Origin: Candidatus Binatia bacterium
Lineage (GTDB): Bacteria; Desulfobacterota; Binatia; HRBIN30
Length of the DNA: 19,289 nt
Assembly (NCBI GenBank): GCA_038245295.1
Contig: JBBRSP010000053.1
Coordinates: 1-19,289 of the forward strand
Direction of reading: 5' to 3'
Part shown: positions 17,493-19,289 of the stretch, one piece after another
Layout: every line of letters begins with the position of its first letter
How positions within the stretch are numbered: position 1 is the stretch's first letter
Made by a program: the position numbers and the translations under genes
The notes under the pieces: model-generated
Databases searched by the model: none
Seen by the model: only the letters and a program-made list of their open reading frames with translations
Told to the model about the DNA's origin: nothing

Positions 17493-18713
17493 ATGACCCG
17501 CACCGAACGCCGCTATTACATTCTCGAGGCCGCCTACTGCTGCTGCTGGGCCGTCATCACACCGGCCTATCCGCTTTTCTTACTGAGCCGCGGCCTCAAC
17601 ATCCTGCAGTGTCATCTTGTCCTGGCGACGTTCTTCATCGGCATGTTCGTCTTCGAAGTGCCGACCGGCGCGATCGCCGATCTACTCGGACGGCGCATCT
17701 CATTCGTGCTCAGCTGCCTCTTGCGCGGCGCCGCTTTCGTTCTCTACGCGTTTGCCGACGGATTTGCGGATTGCTTGATCGCCGAGACGATCGACGCGTT
17801 GGGGCAGACCCTCGCCAGTGGCGCGCTCGACGCCTGGGCCGTCGACGGTCTGCGCCACGAGGGCAACACCGCCTCGGCGGATCGCTTCTTTGCGCGCTCG
17901 CAGATGATTGCGCGATCGATGATGATCATCGCTGGCATCGGCGGCGGCTATGTGGCGCAATACAGCTGGTCGATGGCGTGGTTCGCCGGGACGTTTGGAT
18001 TCGTGCTTACCGCGATTTGTGGCGCACGCCTCATGCACGATGTGCCGCGTGCCGATGGCGCCGAGGTCGGCGAACGCTCGGCGGCGGCTGTCGGGCGGAC
18101 CTCGTTGCAAGCCCTGAAGACGGTGTGGCGTACTCCCGTGCTGCGTCTGATCTGTCTTGTCACCGTCGTGGGCGCCTTCGGCATGATGCCCTCGCACATG
18201 TTGTGGCAGCCACGCGTCCACGAGCTCACGGGGGCGGGGCCATGGTTGATGGGTTGGGTCTGGGCGATGTGGAGCCTGGCGATCATTCTATCGTCGTGGA
18301 TTCTCACCGTGGTCTTGCACCGCTGGCAACGCGAGCGGCTCCTGGTCTTTTCCGTCGTCTGGCGCAGCGCGATGTTCGCGACCGTTGCGATGGCGACGAC
18401 AGCGACGCCGGCGATCTCGGCCCTCGTGCTCGGCGAGATGGAGACCGGGTTCAACTGGCCCTTGCTGCAAGGTTGGATGAACGACCATATCCCGGCAGAT
18501 CGGCGCGCGACGTTGCTGTCGGTGCGGGCCATGGCGTTCACCTTCGGTGGCGCCGCCGGCCTGGCGTTGGTTGGTCTGATCGCGTTGCAGTTCGGCATGG
18601 TGGCAGCCTGGACCACCTGCGCCGTGATGGTCACACTGCAGGTGCCGCTGCTGCTGCGCCTCGGACGCGCGGCGTTGGCTCTGCGCGACGGTGGCACCGT
18701 GCCTGATGTGTAG
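17493..18713 (+). CDS. MFS transporter
   Basis: 406 aa with about 12 hydrophobic segments; FEVPTGAIADLLGRR (motif A region), ASGALDAW, IPADRRATLLS. Confidence 0.92.
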   Translation: MTRTERRYYILEAAYCCCWAVITPAYPLFLLSRGLNILQCHLVLATFFIGMFVFEVPTGAIADLLGRRISFVLSCLLRGAAFVLYAFADGFADCLIAETIDALGQTLASGALDAWAVDGLRHEGNTASADRFFARSQMIARSMMIIAGIGGGYVAQYSWSMAWFAGTFGFVLTAICGARLMHDVPRADGAEVGERSAAAVGRTSLQALKTVWRTPVLRLICLVTVVGAFGMMPSHMLWQPRVHELTGAGPWLMGWVWAMWSLAIILSSWILTVVLHRWQRERLLVFSVVWRSAMFATVAMATTATPAISALVLGEMETGFNWPLLQGWMNDHIPADRRATLLSVRAMAFTFGGAAGLALVGLIALQFGMVAAWTTCAVMVTLQVPLLLRLGRAALALRDGGTVPDV

Positions 18714-18803
18714 CCCCGTACGAAACCTGAACACCCGACGACGGGAAATCGCACAATTCGGGTAGTGGTGTCATTTCCTGGGAAGAAGTTGTGGAATCCC
18801 AAA

Positions 18804-19113
18804 CTCCCCTCTCCCACCGTGAATGAGCTGCCAGACCGTGGGAGAGGGTTAGGGTGAGGGGCGGCCCGCGGGTCCAGCGAGCCTAGCTGCGAGCCCTCAC
18901 CCAGCTTTGCACGTAAATACGACGATCAACCAGCGTTCAGCTCACCGCAGGCTGAAGCCTGCGCCTACCACGCTGAATGCGCTGGCGAATTGGAAACCGG
19001 TAGGCGCAGGCTTCAGCCTGCGGAATCCTCCAACGCGAATTGCCGTGCAAAGCCCCCTCACCCCGACCCTCTCCCACAGATCAACAAATCCATTCGAAGT
19101 GGGAGAGGGGGAG
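18804..19113. repeat. Inverted pair of BoxC-like palindromic units (CCCCTCACCC..CCCTCTCCC...GGGAGAGGG)
   Basis: 18804-18861 CTCCCCTCTCCCAC...GTGGGAGAGGGTTAGGGTGAGGGG and 19053-19113 CCCCCTCACCCCGACCCTCTCCCAC...GTGGGAGAGGGGGAG. Confidence 0.8.
18945..19023. repeat. GTAG-family REP doublet
   Basis: CCGCAGGCTGAAGCCTGCGCCTACC (18945-18969) and its exact reverse complement GGTAGGCGCAGGCTTCAGCCTGCGG (18999-19023); GTAG foot plus short palindrome. Confidence 0.85.
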
Positions 19114-19289
19114 CTTGGTCTCCAACAACGCGGGCACGCTGGGCTCATGGGCACTCGGTTGAAATGACCGGGTGCGCGTCAAATTCGTGGGTGCGAACAC
19201 CTCGCCTTCACCCAATCAGGCAGCGCAACGCCAGAGGTCTTCCCATCGGTTACTGAGGAGACGACAGCGTAGCGCAATCACTGCGTTGG

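Noticed and set aside
671..18817. Numerous long antisense and alternate-frame ORFs over the real genes
   Set aside because: Expected shadows of high-GC codon usage; no family motifs.

Overview
GC-rich bacterial window. Intact genes: a Mg-type P-type ATPase (mgtA-like), a class I SAM methyltransferase, a divergent arsenic cluster (arsI/cadI-like <- -> arsR-acr3-arsC), two tandem phenylacetate-CoA-ligase-family genes and an MFS transporter. Broken genes: a truncated four-helix-bundle (23S rRNA IVP/Avd-like) gene, a twice-frameshifted ~1586-aa secreted repeat/DUF11 surface protein, a PIN-toxin 3' remnant and a frameshifted Fic gene. The most unusual content is non-coding. Most larger intergenic gaps hold palindromic elements from at least six families, several nested like Russian dolls: a MITE with 21-bp IS4-like ends sits in a GC hexamer tract, a second MITE sits in the loop of a REP-like hairpin inside it (4-bp duplication), and a third end sits in the hairpin loop of the second. 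A conserved-core hairpin element lies beside what may be the two separated parts of the four-helix-bundle gene, 13.5 kb apart, bracketing all the accessory cargo. No transposase, integrase, reverse transcriptase, rRNA, tRNA or CRISPR array was recognised. All family assignments are by motif recognition, not database search.
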